From Erysipelotrichaceae bacterium OH741_COT-311 (GTDB lineage: Bacteria > Bacillota_I > Bacilli_A > Erysipelotrichales > Erysipelotrichaceae), in contig RQZE01000002.1 in NCBI GenBank assembly GCA_003858585.1, forward strand, positions 1 through 32,000: 32,000 nucleotides of DNA, read 5' to 3'. The position numbers and the translations under genes are program-made. Position 1 is the first letter of the stretch. Every line of letters starts with the position of its first letter. A model generated the notes under the pieces. It ran no database searches. It was not told the DNA's origin and saw nothing but the letters and a program-made list of their open reading frames with translations. Of the stretch, positions 23,679 through 31,594 are shown one piece after another.

Positions 23679-25115
23679 ATGATTAATGATTATGACAAGA
23701 AAAACCCTTCATCAATTGAAGCATATGCAAAACAATTAATAGGCAAAACATTTAGAGATGTGGTTCGGGAATATGAAGAAAGAAGTTCAGGTATATTGTT
23801 TGATGAACATTCTACATATAATGTAACATCTATTCCGTTAAATCACAGAAATAAAGGCGGTTTAGGTCAGATTATAGAGGAAAAGTTTTTTAATTATGCT
23901 TGTAACAGCGAATCTAGAGCTGATTTTTATGAAGCTGGAGTTGAATTAAAAGTAACGCCTTATAAAAAGAATCGGAATGGTAGTTTATCGGCGAAAGAAA
24001 GATTAGTTTTATCTATGATTGATTATTTTTCAGTTGTGGATGAAAGCTTTGAAACTAGTCATTTTTGGAATAAATCTAAGCTTATCTTATTAGTTTATTA
24101 TCTGTATCAAAAAGAAGTGGAATCTAATCTAGATTATCGTATAGAATATGCAAGTTTGTTCACTCCTCCCAAGCAGGATGTTGATATTATTCGTCATGAT
24201 TTCGAAGTTATTGTAGAAAAAATAAAAGCGGGTAAAGCACATGAATTATCAGAAGGGGACACATTATATTTGGGGGCAGCACCTAAAGCTACTTCTTCTG
24301 AAGATAGAAGAAAACAACCTTTCAGCGAAGAACTCGCTAAACCTCGAGCCTTTACATTTAAAACATCATACATGACATATATATTGAATACATATATTGC
24401 TCCAGGAAAAGAAACATATGAATCTATTATTACGAATCAAAGTGTTGATTCATTTGAAGATTATGTTGTAAAACAAATTAATCAATATCGAGGGTATACA
24501 TTAGAAGAATTATGTGCACTTTTCCAAGTGAATACATCAAAAAAACCTAAAAATCTTGAAGCAATTATTGCTTATCGTATGTTAGGGATAAAAGGAAATC
24601 ACGCTGAAGAATTTGTAAAAGCCAATATTGTGATAAAATCTATTCGTATAGGAAGAAATAATAGAATTAAAGAGCATATGTCATTTCCAAATTTTAAGTT
24701 TGTAGAACTTATTCAAGAAGTATGGGAAAATTCTACATTTGGTAATTATCTTAGAGAAACACGTTTTTTGTTTGTTGTTTATAAATTTAATAAGGATGAT
24801 GTTTTAGAGTTGATGGGGGCACAGTTTTGGAACATTCCATATGCAGATCTTGAAGGTGATGTAAAAAAAGTTTGGCAAAAAACGAAAGAAGTTATTCAGA
24901 ATGGATTAATAATTACAATAGACAAACACGGGAAAAGTCATAACAATCTGCCAAAACAATCTGAAAATAAAGTGAGTCATGTTAGACCGCATGGGCAAAA
25001 TGCAGCAGATACCTATATGTTGCCAGATGGAAGATATTATACAAAACAGTGTTTTTGGCTAAAAAACAAATACATTTATAGTCAAATTAAGGATGATTTA
25101 AAAAGGGATTTATAA
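23679..25115 (+). CDS. Type II restriction endonuclease, Sau3AI/MutH family (predicted ^GATC)
   Basis: 478 aa (Sau3AI is about 489 aa by recollection). Blocks closely parallel Sau3AI as I remember it: EAGVELKVTPYKKNRNGSLSAKERLVLSMIDY (Sau3AI EAGVELKATPFKKLKNGKYSSKERLVLNIINY), KAGKAHELSEGDTLYLGAAPK, KPRAFTFKTSYMTYIL, ETRFLFVVYK, HVRPHG, TKQCFWLKNKYI. SD AAAGGTG precedes the ATG. Confidence 0.88.
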   Translation: MINDYDKKNPSSIEAYAKQLIGKTFRDVVREYEERSSGILFDEHSTYNVTSIPLNHRNKGGLGQIIEEKFFNYACNSESRADFYEAGVELKVTPYKKNRNGSLSAKERLVLSMIDYFSVVDESFETSHFWNKSKLILLVYYLYQKEVESNLDYRIEYASLFTPPKQDVDIIRHDFEVIVEKIKAGKAHELSEGDTLYLGAAPKATSSEDRRKQPFSEELAKPRAFTFKTSYMTYILNTYIAPGKETYESIITNQSVDSFEDYVVKQINQYRGYTLEELCALFQVNTSKKPKNLEAIIAYRMLGIKGNHAEEFVKANIVIKSIRIGRNNRIKEHMSFPNFKFVELIQEVWENSTFGNYLRETRFLFVVYKFNKDDVLELMGAQFWNIPYADLEGDVKKVWQKTKEVIQNGLIITIDKHGKSHNNLPKQSENKVSHVRPHGQNAADTYMLPDGRYYTKQCFWLKNKYIYSQIKDDLKRDL

Positions 25116-25151
25116 AGTATAAAATTCTTACCATAAATTGGATTAAAGTAG

Positions 25152-25180
25152 TTGATCGAATTTTATCTCAATGATATAAT
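25152..25180 (+). promoter_or_regulatory. Near-consensus sigma-A promoter for the methyltransferase gene; the -35 contains GATC
   Basis: TTGATC (25152-25157), a 17-nt spacer, TATAAT (25175-25180). SD AGGAG is about 10 nt before ATG 25222. Confidence 0.6.
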
Positions 25181-25221
25181 CTATTAAAGAGTTAATAAGT
25201 AGAATTTTAGGAGTAAATTAC

Positions 25222-26607
25222 ATGAAAAAAACTGTATGCGAATTATTTGCAGGTGTTGGTGGATTTCGATGTGGTTTAAATCACATTACAAGTATTGAAG
25301 ATACAAACAAAAAAGAAAGGTGGAAAACCACTTGGTTTAGTCAATGGGAACCATTAGAGAAAACTACACAGTGGGCACATAGTTGTTATGTAAATAGATT
25401 TAAAACTTGCTTGGATTTACAAGGTAATGACACAACAAATGTTGATATAAACACAGTAAAAAAAATTGATATACCAGACCATAACTTATTGGTTGGTGGT
25501 TTTCCTTGTCAAGATTATTCTGTAGCTTCTTCTTTAGCGACATCAAAAGGGTTAGAGGGGAAGAAAGGTATTCTTTGGTGGGATATTAGAGATATTTTGG
25601 AAACTAAAAAACCGGCTTTTGTATTACTTGAGAATGTAGATAGGTTAATTAAAAGTCCAGCAAGGCAAAGAGGAAGAGATTTTGGTGTTATTCTTGCATG
25701 CTTTAAAGATTTAGGCTATTCAGTAGAGTGGAGAGTTATTAATGCCGCGGAATATGGTTATCAGCAGAGACGCAAGAGAATCTTCATATTTGCCTATCAA
25801 AATAATACCAAATATGCAAGAAAGATTAGTAAAAATATTAAATATCATTTATCAGATGAGGAAAATCTACGTTCGTTGAGTGCTAAAAAGGTAATTTTTT
25901 CGGTGGGTTTTTTTGCAAATAGCTTTACTGTTGCTTGTTTAAAAAATCCTAAAATAAAAACAGCTATATTGCCAGATGAAATTGGAGAAGTATCAAGTAG
26001 TTTTTATTTTGAATTTGAAAATAGTGGATTGATGAAAGACGGGATTATTTATACAGCAAAAACAGAACCAAACTATGTAGGGAACCAAATTACTTTAGGT
26101 GATATCTTGGAAGATGGATATGTTTCAGAAACATTTTTTATTCCTAAGAATAAGCTATATTATACTGATAAAAATGTTAAACGTAGTGATGAGACAAAAG
26201 AAAGATTGCCTGTAGAAAAAAGAAAAACATGGCAATATATAAAAGGTGGAAAAAAGTTACCAAGAAAAAGTAAAGAAGGTCATAGCTACATTTATTCTGA
26301 AGGGGCAATATCAATGATTGATACATATAATAAACCAGCAAGAACTATGCTTACAAATGAAGGTGGATTTAGTAGGTCAACGCATATTGTTGAAGATAGA
26401 AGAACAGGTGAAATTAGGCTTTTGACAGCTATAGAAATGGAACGTATTCAAGGATTCCCGAGTGATTGGACCAAAGAAGCGGTTGTTGACGGAAAGATTG
26501 TGGAAGTACCTTTAAATAAACGACGCTTTATGATGGGGAATGCATTGGTTGTTAACTTAATTAGTCAAATGGAAGAACAATTGTCAGATATTTTTGAAAA
26601 AGAGTAA
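25222..26607 (+). CDS. DNA (cytosine-5)-methyltransferase, partner of the Sau3AI-like nuclease
   Basis: 461 aa with ordered m5C-MTase motifs: I ELFAGVGGF, IV GGFPCQDYS, VI LLENV, VIII QQRRKRIFIF, IX-X RLLTAIEMERIQGFP and GNALVV. A long variable (TRD) region lies between VIII and IX. Confidence 0.9.
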   Translation: MKKTVCELFAGVGGFRCGLNHITSIEDTNKKERWKTTWFSQWEPLEKTTQWAHSCYVNRFKTCLDLQGNDTTNVDINTVKKIDIPDHNLLVGGFPCQDYSVASSLATSKGLEGKKGILWWDIRDILETKKPAFVLLENVDRLIKSPARQRGRDFGVILACFKDLGYSVEWRVINAAEYGYQQRRKRIFIFAYQNNTKYARKISKNIKYHLSDEENLRSLSAKKVIFSVGFFANSFTVACLKNPKIKTAILPDEIGEVSSSFYFEFENSGLMKDGIIYTAKTEPNYVGNQITLGDILEDGYVSETFFIPKNKLYYTDKNVKRSDETKERLPVEKRKTWQYIKGGKKLPRKSKEGHSYIYSEGAISMIDTYNKPARTMLTNEGGFSRSTHIVEDRRTGEIRLLTAIEMERIQGFPSDWTKEAVVDGKIVEVPLNKRRFMMGNALVVNLISQMEEQLSDIFEKE

Positions 26608-26667
26608 TGCCTATTTGTGCTTACAACATTCTTTCATTTTGATGATATAAAATTTAAGAGGAATAGT

Positions 26668-27195
26668 ATGGAAAAGTTAATTAAGCGTAATACGGTTTTT
26701 AAGGGGAAAATTATTGATGTCTATCAAGATGAAGTGTTGCTTGATAGTGGTAGAGTGGGTAGCCGAGAAGTGGTGAATCATCATGGGGGAGCTACCATTG
26801 CCATTGAGGATTTCGATGGGACATATTTCATGGTGAAACAGTATCGTTATGCTGTAGGAGAAGAGTTGTTAGAGTTTCCTGCCGGGAAGTTAGAGTTCAA
26901 TGAAAGTCCATTAGATGCGATTGTTCGTGAAAGTCATGAAGAAGTAGGTGTCATTGTTAAAGATGTAAAAGAGTATGGTTATATGATTCCTACCTGTGGA
27001 TATTGTAATGAAAAGATTTATATGTATAGTGCTAAGGTGGAGCGTTATACGAAACAATCGTTAGATCAAGATGAGCAGTTGGTGGTGTGTAAGTTAAGTC
27101 TAAATGAGATTATGGATGCGATAAGTAATGGGGTGATTAAGGATGCGAAAACCATTATTTTAGCTTATCACCTATATTCAGATGTTATGAAGTGA
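26668..27195 (+). CDS. nudF: ADP-ribose pyrophosphatase (NUDIX hydrolase)
   Basis: Nudix box GKLEFNESPLDAIVRESHEEVGV. N-terminal FKGKIIDVYQDEVLLDSGRVGSREVVNHHGGA is typical of NudF/YqkG-type ADPR pyrophosphatases. Start set at ATG 26668 (MEKLIKRN...), behind SD AAGAGGA, rather than GTG 26617. Confidence 0.8.
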   Translation: MEKLIKRNTVFKGKIIDVYQDEVLLDSGRVGSREVVNHHGGATIAIEDFDGTYFMVKQYRYAVGEELLEFPAGKLEFNESPLDAIVRESHEEVGVIVKDVKEYGYMIPTCGYCNEKIYMYSAKVERYTKQSLDQDEQLVVCKLSLNEIMDAISNGVIKDAKTIILAYHLYSDVMK

Positions 27196-27216
27196 AAAAT
27201 GTGATATACTTTACAG

Positions 27217-27255
27217 AGTCAGTCGCAACTACCTGACTATAAACAAAACAAGGAG
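27217..27255 (+). promoter_or_regulatory. preQ1-I riboswitch (translational, SD-sequestering type)
   Basis: AGUCAG-UCGCAACUAC-CUGACU-AUAAACAAAACAAGGAG. P1 is 27217-27222 / 27233-27238. The 10-nt loop UCGCAACUAC compares with UCGCAGUAAC of the Thermoanaerobacter preQ1-I aptamer (CUGGGUCGCAGUAACCCCAGUUAACAAAACAAGG, from memory). The A-rich tail ends in the AAGGAG SD, 5 nt before the queT ATG. An extended -10 TGaTATACT lies at 27202-27210. Confidence 0.85.
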
Positions 27256-27260
27256 AAATT

Positions 27261-27782
27261 ATGAAAATTAATGTAAAAATGATGGCATTTAGTGCCGTAA
27301 TTGCAGCGGTTTATACTGCAGTTTCAATGGCAATTGCTCCATTGACTTTTGGTAACATTCAAATTCGCTTTGCTGAAGCATTGACACTGTTACCTATTCT
27401 TGCACCTTTTAGTGTGATTGGAGTTACATTGGGTTGTGGATTAACGAACTTATTTGGTGCAATGTTAGGGGTTAATCCTTTAGGATATGCTGATGTTTTT
27501 ATCGGTACAGCTGCAACGTTTGTCGCATGTTTATTATCTGTTTATTTTAGAGGATATAAGTTCAAAGGGGTTCCGTTGCTTTCCGCAATGATGCCTGTGA
27601 TTGTAAATGCATTGATTATAGGTGCAGAATTAGCGTATGTGATTATGCCACATAACTTATTGGTAGGGTTTATTACATTTGGCAGTGCAGTTTTTGTTGG
27701 GCAATTCGTTGCTTGTGTTATAATAGGATTACCATTATTAAACTATATGGATAGAAGTAAAATTCTATATAAAATGATGTAA
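27261..27782 (+). CDS. queT: Queuosine-precursor transporter QueT (ECF-type S component)
   Basis: 173 aa with 5-6 TM. The N-terminal region AVYTAVSMAIAPLTFGNIQIRFAEALTLLP is typical of the QueT family. It lies directly downstream of a preQ1 riboswitch. Confidence 0.85.
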   Translation: MKINVKMMAFSAVIAAVYTAVSMAIAPLTFGNIQIRFAEALTLLPILAPFSVIGVTLGCGLTNLFGAMLGVNPLGYADVFIGTAATFVACLLSVYFRGYKFKGVPLLSAMMPVIVNALIIGAELAYVIMPHNLLVGFITFGSAVFVGQFVACVIIGLPLLNYMDRSKILYKMM

Positions 27783-27796
27783 TAGGAGAAAATACA

Positions 27797-28114
27797 ATGA
27801 AAATTAAGATCAAGGATTTAAACTTCAAAGAAGATGTCAAAAAAATTGAGTTTGGAAAACCATTAATTGTTACAGATGAAGATGAATTAGAGTCTTATGT
27901 CATTATGGCTTATGATCAATATCAACATATGGAAAATGCAGTGTTTGATCAAGTAGTTGCAGAACGTTTCCCAATAAATCCTGAGGAGATTAATGTCATT
28001 GGTGCTGAAAATCTTGAATTAACTCAAGAGGAGTTTGAAGAATTAAGAAATCGTTTAATAGAAGCCATTGAAGCAAAATTGATGCCTAAAATCAATAAAG
28101 GGTCATTGTCTTAA
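27797..28114 (+). CDS. Small acidic hypothetical protein (105 aa)
   Basis: SD AGGAGAA is 6 nt before the ATG and a terminator follows. The N-terminal half (FGKPLIVTDEDELESYVIMAYDQYQHMEN) loosely resembles the Phd/YefM antitoxin fold pattern. The C-terminal half is helical and acidic. No confident family. Confidence 0.6.
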   Translation: MKIKIKDLNFKEDVKKIEFGKPLIVTDEDELESYVIMAYDQYQHMENAVFDQVVAERFPINPEEINVIGAENLELTQEEFEELRNRLIEAIEAKLMPKINKGSLS

Positions 28115-28137
28115 TAGCCAAGTTCTTGGCTATTTTT
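28115..28137 (+). terminator. Rho-independent terminator
   Basis: TAGCCAA (28115-28121) / TTGGCTA (28126-28132), GTTC loop, T5 run (28133-28137). Confidence 0.7.
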
Positions 28138-28182
28138 ATTTAACTTATGATAAAATAGGGTTAAGTTTTAAAGAGGTATCGT

Positions 28183-28815
28183 ATGAAGAAGGGATTGTTT
28201 ATTACATTTGAGGGGCCTGATGGTAGTGGAAAAACAACGGTCAGTAAGGCTATTTATGAAAAATTAGTATCCTTAGGATATGATTGTATTTATACTAGAG
28301 AACCGGGTGGCATTGAAATTGCTGAAGAAATACGTGATATTATTTTAAATCCTAAAAACACAGCAATGGATTATCGTACGGAAGCTTTGTTGTATGCAGC
28401 AAGTCGTGCACAACATTTAGCAGAGAAGATTCTTCCGGCATTAAAAGAAAAAAAGATTATTATATGTGATCGCTTTGTGGATTCTTCTCTTGCTTATCAA
28501 GGGTATGCCAGAGGTTTGGGGATAGAAGAAGTGTATCAGATTAATCGTTTTGCAATTGGGCAACATTTTCCAGATAAAACGATTTTTTTAGATATTCATG
28601 AAGGATTAGGATTAAATCGTGTGAATCATCGAGGGAATAAAGATCGATTGGATGCAGAAAGTCTTAATTTTCATCAATTGGTAAAAGAAGGATATCGTAT
28701 TGTTTGTGATAAATATAAAGATCGTATGATTTGTATAGATGCTTCTTTGGAATTGGAACAAGTGATTCAACAGGCATTTGAAGCTGTTATGGGGATTATC
28801 CATGAAGTTGAGTAA
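28183..28815 (+). CDS. tmk: Thymidylate kinase
   Basis: FITFEGPDGSGKTT P-loop, REPGG, DRFVDSSLAYQG (DR motif). 210 aa. Confidence 0.93.
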   Translation: MKKGLFITFEGPDGSGKTTVSKAIYEKLVSLGYDCIYTREPGGIEIAEEIRDIILNPKNTAMDYRTEALLYAASRAQHLAEKILPALKEKKIIICDRFVDSSLAYQGYARGLGIEEVYQINRFAIGQHFPDKTIFLDIHEGLGLNRVNHRGNKDRLDAESLNFHQLVKEGYRIVCDKYKDRMICIDASLELEQVIQQAFEAVMGIIHEVE

Positions 28816-29770
28816 TCAAAAGATTGCATATCAAACATTAAATAATGGTTTAAAAAGTCAACGTATCTCACATAGTTATTTATTTTATGGCGGAAGTAGT
28901 GAAGTAAAATATCAATATGCAATTGCATTAGCGAAAGCTATTATCCTGAACAGTTCTACCTTAGATGTGGAAGATAGTGAGGATGCCTTACGTATTGAAC
29001 AAGGAAAATACAATGATTTGATTTACTTGAACGGTCGTAAAGCTACAATTAAAAAAGAAGATATTCAGGCTATCATTGAACAATTTACGTTAACGGCATT
29101 GGAACGTTATGGACAAAAGGTCTATATTATAGATGGAGTAGAGTACACTTCTGTTTCCGGATTAAATAGTTTGCTAAAATTTCTAGAAGAACCAAGTAGT
29201 GATGTCACTGCTATTTTGATAGTGGATTCGATGGATAAGTTGTTAGATACCATTGTTTCTCGTTGTCAGTTAATTCCGTTTGTGTATGCTCCTTTTGAAG
29301 AGATATATCAACAATATCTCGATGCTAAGGTAGAGGCTTCCGAAGCCTATTTATTAGCAAATGTGCTACATTCATTTTCTTTGCATGTACAAAATCAGGA
29401 AGAATATCAATTAGGGTTGTTACTATTTAAACGTTTTTTAGAATGTGGCTTTGAACAACTGGATTATTTTGAGGTTATTACTTTTCGTGAAATTTTAGAT
29501 CGAAATGAAAAAGAAAAAGATTTGGATATCAAAGCCTTGACTTGGTTTTTAGATTTTTTAATCTTAGCGGTAAAGGAGTCATCTCATAAGAATAATTATT
29601 CTTTGGGATGGTATAATGATATATGTATAAATATGAATTTACATGATGTATCTCGTGTTGTATTGATTTTATTAGAAACAAAAGATTTGTTAAATAAAGT
29701 CTATGATTATCGTTTGGTATTCGATCAAATGATTTATAAATTGAAAGGAGTACAAAATGGAAGAACTTGA
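28802..29770 (+). CDS. holB: DNA polymerase III delta-prime subunit
   Basis: Clamp-loader delta-prime pattern: ISHSYLFYGG, NSLLKFLEEP, IVSRCQLIPF. Conserved tmk-holB synteny. Start taken as ATG 28802 (MKLSNQKIAYQ...); the alternative ATG 28778 overlaps tmk further. Confidence 0.85.
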   Translation: MKLSNQKIAYQTLNNGLKSQRISHSYLFYGGSSEVKYQYAIALAKAIILNSSTLDVEDSEDALRIEQGKYNDLIYLNGRKATIKKEDIQAIIEQFTLTALERYGQKVYIIDGVEYTSVSGLNSLLKFLEEPSSDVTAILIVDSMDKLLDTIVSRCQLIPFVYAPFEEIYQQYLDAKVEASEAYLLANVLHSFSLHVQNQEEYQLGLLLFKRFLECGFEQLDYFEVITFREILDRNEKEKDLDIKALTWFLDFLILAVKESSHKNNYSLGWYNDICINMNLHDVSRVVLILLETKDLLNKVYDYRLVFDQMIYKLKGVQNGRT

Positions 29771-30593
29771 ATATAAGTATGTTGTATCAATTAAGTTTAA
29801 AAGTGCCAATAAGGCGTATAATTTTTGTACCAATGATTCAACAATTACTTATGGTGACTATGTTGTAGTAGAAACCTTGCGTGGATTAGAAATTGGAGAG
29901 GTTATTTCAGATATACGTGACATCCAAATGCATACCAATAACATTCCGTTAAAGCCGATTTTACGCATTGCGAATGCACAAGATCGTCGTGATTATCAAA
30001 GAAATCTGGAAGATGCCAAAGAGGCTATGAAAATTTGTGCACAAGAAATAGCGAAATTGAATTTAGATATGCATTTAATTAGTGCTGAATATACATTGGA
30101 TCGCAGTAAAATTTCCTTTGTATATATGGCGGATGAGCGTGTGGACTTTCGTGAGCTTTTAAAAGAACTGGCTGCTATTTTTCATGTGCGTATTGATTTA
30201 CGTCAAATCGGTTCACGTGATAAAGCAAAAATGGTTGGTGGCATTGGTGTATGTGGGCAAGAACTATGTTGTTCAAAATTTATGGATAATTTTGATGTGG
30301 TTTCCATCAATCATGCTAAGAATCAATTATTAGCGTTAAACATACCTAAGCTATCCGGTCAATGTGGAAAGTTAAAGTGTTGTTTAAAGTTTGAAGATGA
30401 AGCATATAAGGAATTAAGAAAAGGTCTTCCGAAATTGAATAGTCAAGTAGAATATGAAGGAAATCTATATCGTATTACAAGTATGAATGTTATAGGAGGT
30501 ACTTGTAAGTTAGAAAATCGTGAAATGGCTCAATTCATTACCTTAGAAGAGTTGTTAAAAAATGGTGTGTTTAAAAAGGTGGAGAAAAAATAA
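29757..30593 (+). CDS. ricT: PSP1-domain protein RicT (YaaT), Fe-S containing regulatory complex subunit
   Basis: 278 aa. PSP1 C-terminal domain with Cys clusters GVCGQELCCSKF and GQCGKLKCCLKFE. Conserved position after holB. Confidence 0.88.
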   Translation: MEELEYKYVVSIKFKSANKAYNFCTNDSTITYGDYVVVETLRGLEIGEVISDIRDIQMHTNNIPLKPILRIANAQDRRDYQRNLEDAKEAMKICAQEIAKLNLDMHLISAEYTLDRSKISFVYMADERVDFRELLKELAAIFHVRIDLRQIGSRDKAKMVGGIGVCGQELCCSKFMDNFDVVSINHAKNQLLALNIPKLSGQCGKLKCCLKFEDEAYKELRKGLPKLNSQVEYEGNLYRITSMNVIGGTCKLENREMAQFITLEELLKNGVFKKVEKK

Positions 30594-31444
30594 TGAAAAT
30601 TCAAAAGAGTTTTATGAATGAATTGCCTACCCTTTACTTAGTGGCTACACCAATTGGGAATTTGGATGAATTTACTCCAAGAGCTATTGAAATTTTAAAT
30701 GAAGTAGATGTGATTGCGGCGGAAGATACACGTACTTCATTGAAGTTGTTACAGCATTTTAAGATTACAACGCATGTAATCAGTCATCATAATTTTAATG
30801 AAAGACAATCCAGTAAGGGTATTGTAAATTTGTTGAAGCAAGGAAAACATGTTGCAATTATTAGTGATGCGGGATATCCGTTGATTAGTGATCCGGGGTT
30901 AAATGTGGTTTCTTTAGCCATCCAAGAAGGTTTTAATGTGGTTCCGATATCAGGGTCTAATGCGGCATTAAATGCTTTGGTAGCTTCCGGATTGCCTTGT
31001 CAACCATATTTGTTTTGGGGGTTTTTGAGTTCAAGTATGAATGAGGCGATAAAAGAGTTAAAGCAGGTACAAATGTATCCTTGTACCTTACTTTTCTATG
31101 AAGCACCTCATCGTTTGGTAAGAACGCTAAAACTTATTCAAGAAGTTTTAGGAGATCGTTATCTTTGTGTTGCCAGAGAATTGACTAAAAAACATGAAGA
31201 ATTTATTCGAGGTACTGTAAGTGAATTGCTTTCACATTTGCAAGAGGTGAAAGGAGAATTGGTTTTAGTCGTAGAAGGGCATCGAAAAGAAGACGAAAAA
31301 GATATTCTGTTAAAAGATGTACATATTAAAGTAGAAGAATACATTGCTTTGGGTATGAGTCCAAGCATTGCGATTAAAACGGTGGCTAAAGATTTCGGTT
31401 TATCAAAAAATGAAGTATATCAGCGTTATTTTAATCGCAGTTAA
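30593..31444 (+). CDS. rsmI: 16S rRNA (cytidine1402-2'-O)-methyltransferase
   Basis: LYLVATPIGNLDEFTPRAIEILNEVDVIAAEDTR, ISDAGYPLISDPG and YEAPHR are typical RsmI (tetrapyrrole-methylase fold) blocks. The start overlaps the ricT stop (TAATG). Confidence 0.9.
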   Translation: MKIQKSFMNELPTLYLVATPIGNLDEFTPRAIEILNEVDVIAAEDTRTSLKLLQHFKITTHVISHHNFNERQSSKGIVNLLKQGKHVAIISDAGYPLISDPGLNVVSLAIQEGFNVVPISGSNAALNALVASGLPCQPYLFWGFLSSSMNEAIKELKQVQMYPCTLLFYEAPHRLVRTLKLIQEVLGDRYLCVARELTKKHEEFIRGTVSELLSHLQEVKGELVLVVEGHRKEDEKDILLKDVHIKVEEYIALGMSPSIAIKTVAKDFGLSKNEVYQRYFNRS

Positions 31445-31484
31445 GATGTTTTCAATATTTCAATGATGTTATCGTTTCATATTA

Positions 31485-31493
31485 TGATATAAT
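31485..31493 (+). promoter_or_regulatory. Extended -10 promoter element (TGaTATAAT) upstream of metG
   Basis: TG at 31485-31486 and TATAAT at 31488-31493, about 100 nt upstream of ATG 31595. Confidence 0.45.
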
Positions 31494-31594
31494 AAATGAA
31501 ATGAAGTTGTTTATAAGATGTAACTTTGCATTTAATGTAGTGGTAGACCGTGCATTGTGCTCTTTGTTACATTTTTTGTTTTAAGGAGGATAAA

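Noticed and set aside
26617-26667. GTG start at 26617 for the NUDIX gene, giving the leader MLTTFFHFDDIKFKRNS
   Set aside because: There is no SD. The stretch contains promoter-like TGATGATATAAAAT, and ATG 26668 follows a good AAGAGGA SD.
30590-30600. Absence of a yabA-like gene between ricT and rsmI (the genes overlap as TAATG), considered as a deletion scar
   Set aside because: The tight 1-nt overlap indicates a native junction. The gene content of this conserved block varies among Firmicutes, so there is no sequence evidence for a lesion.
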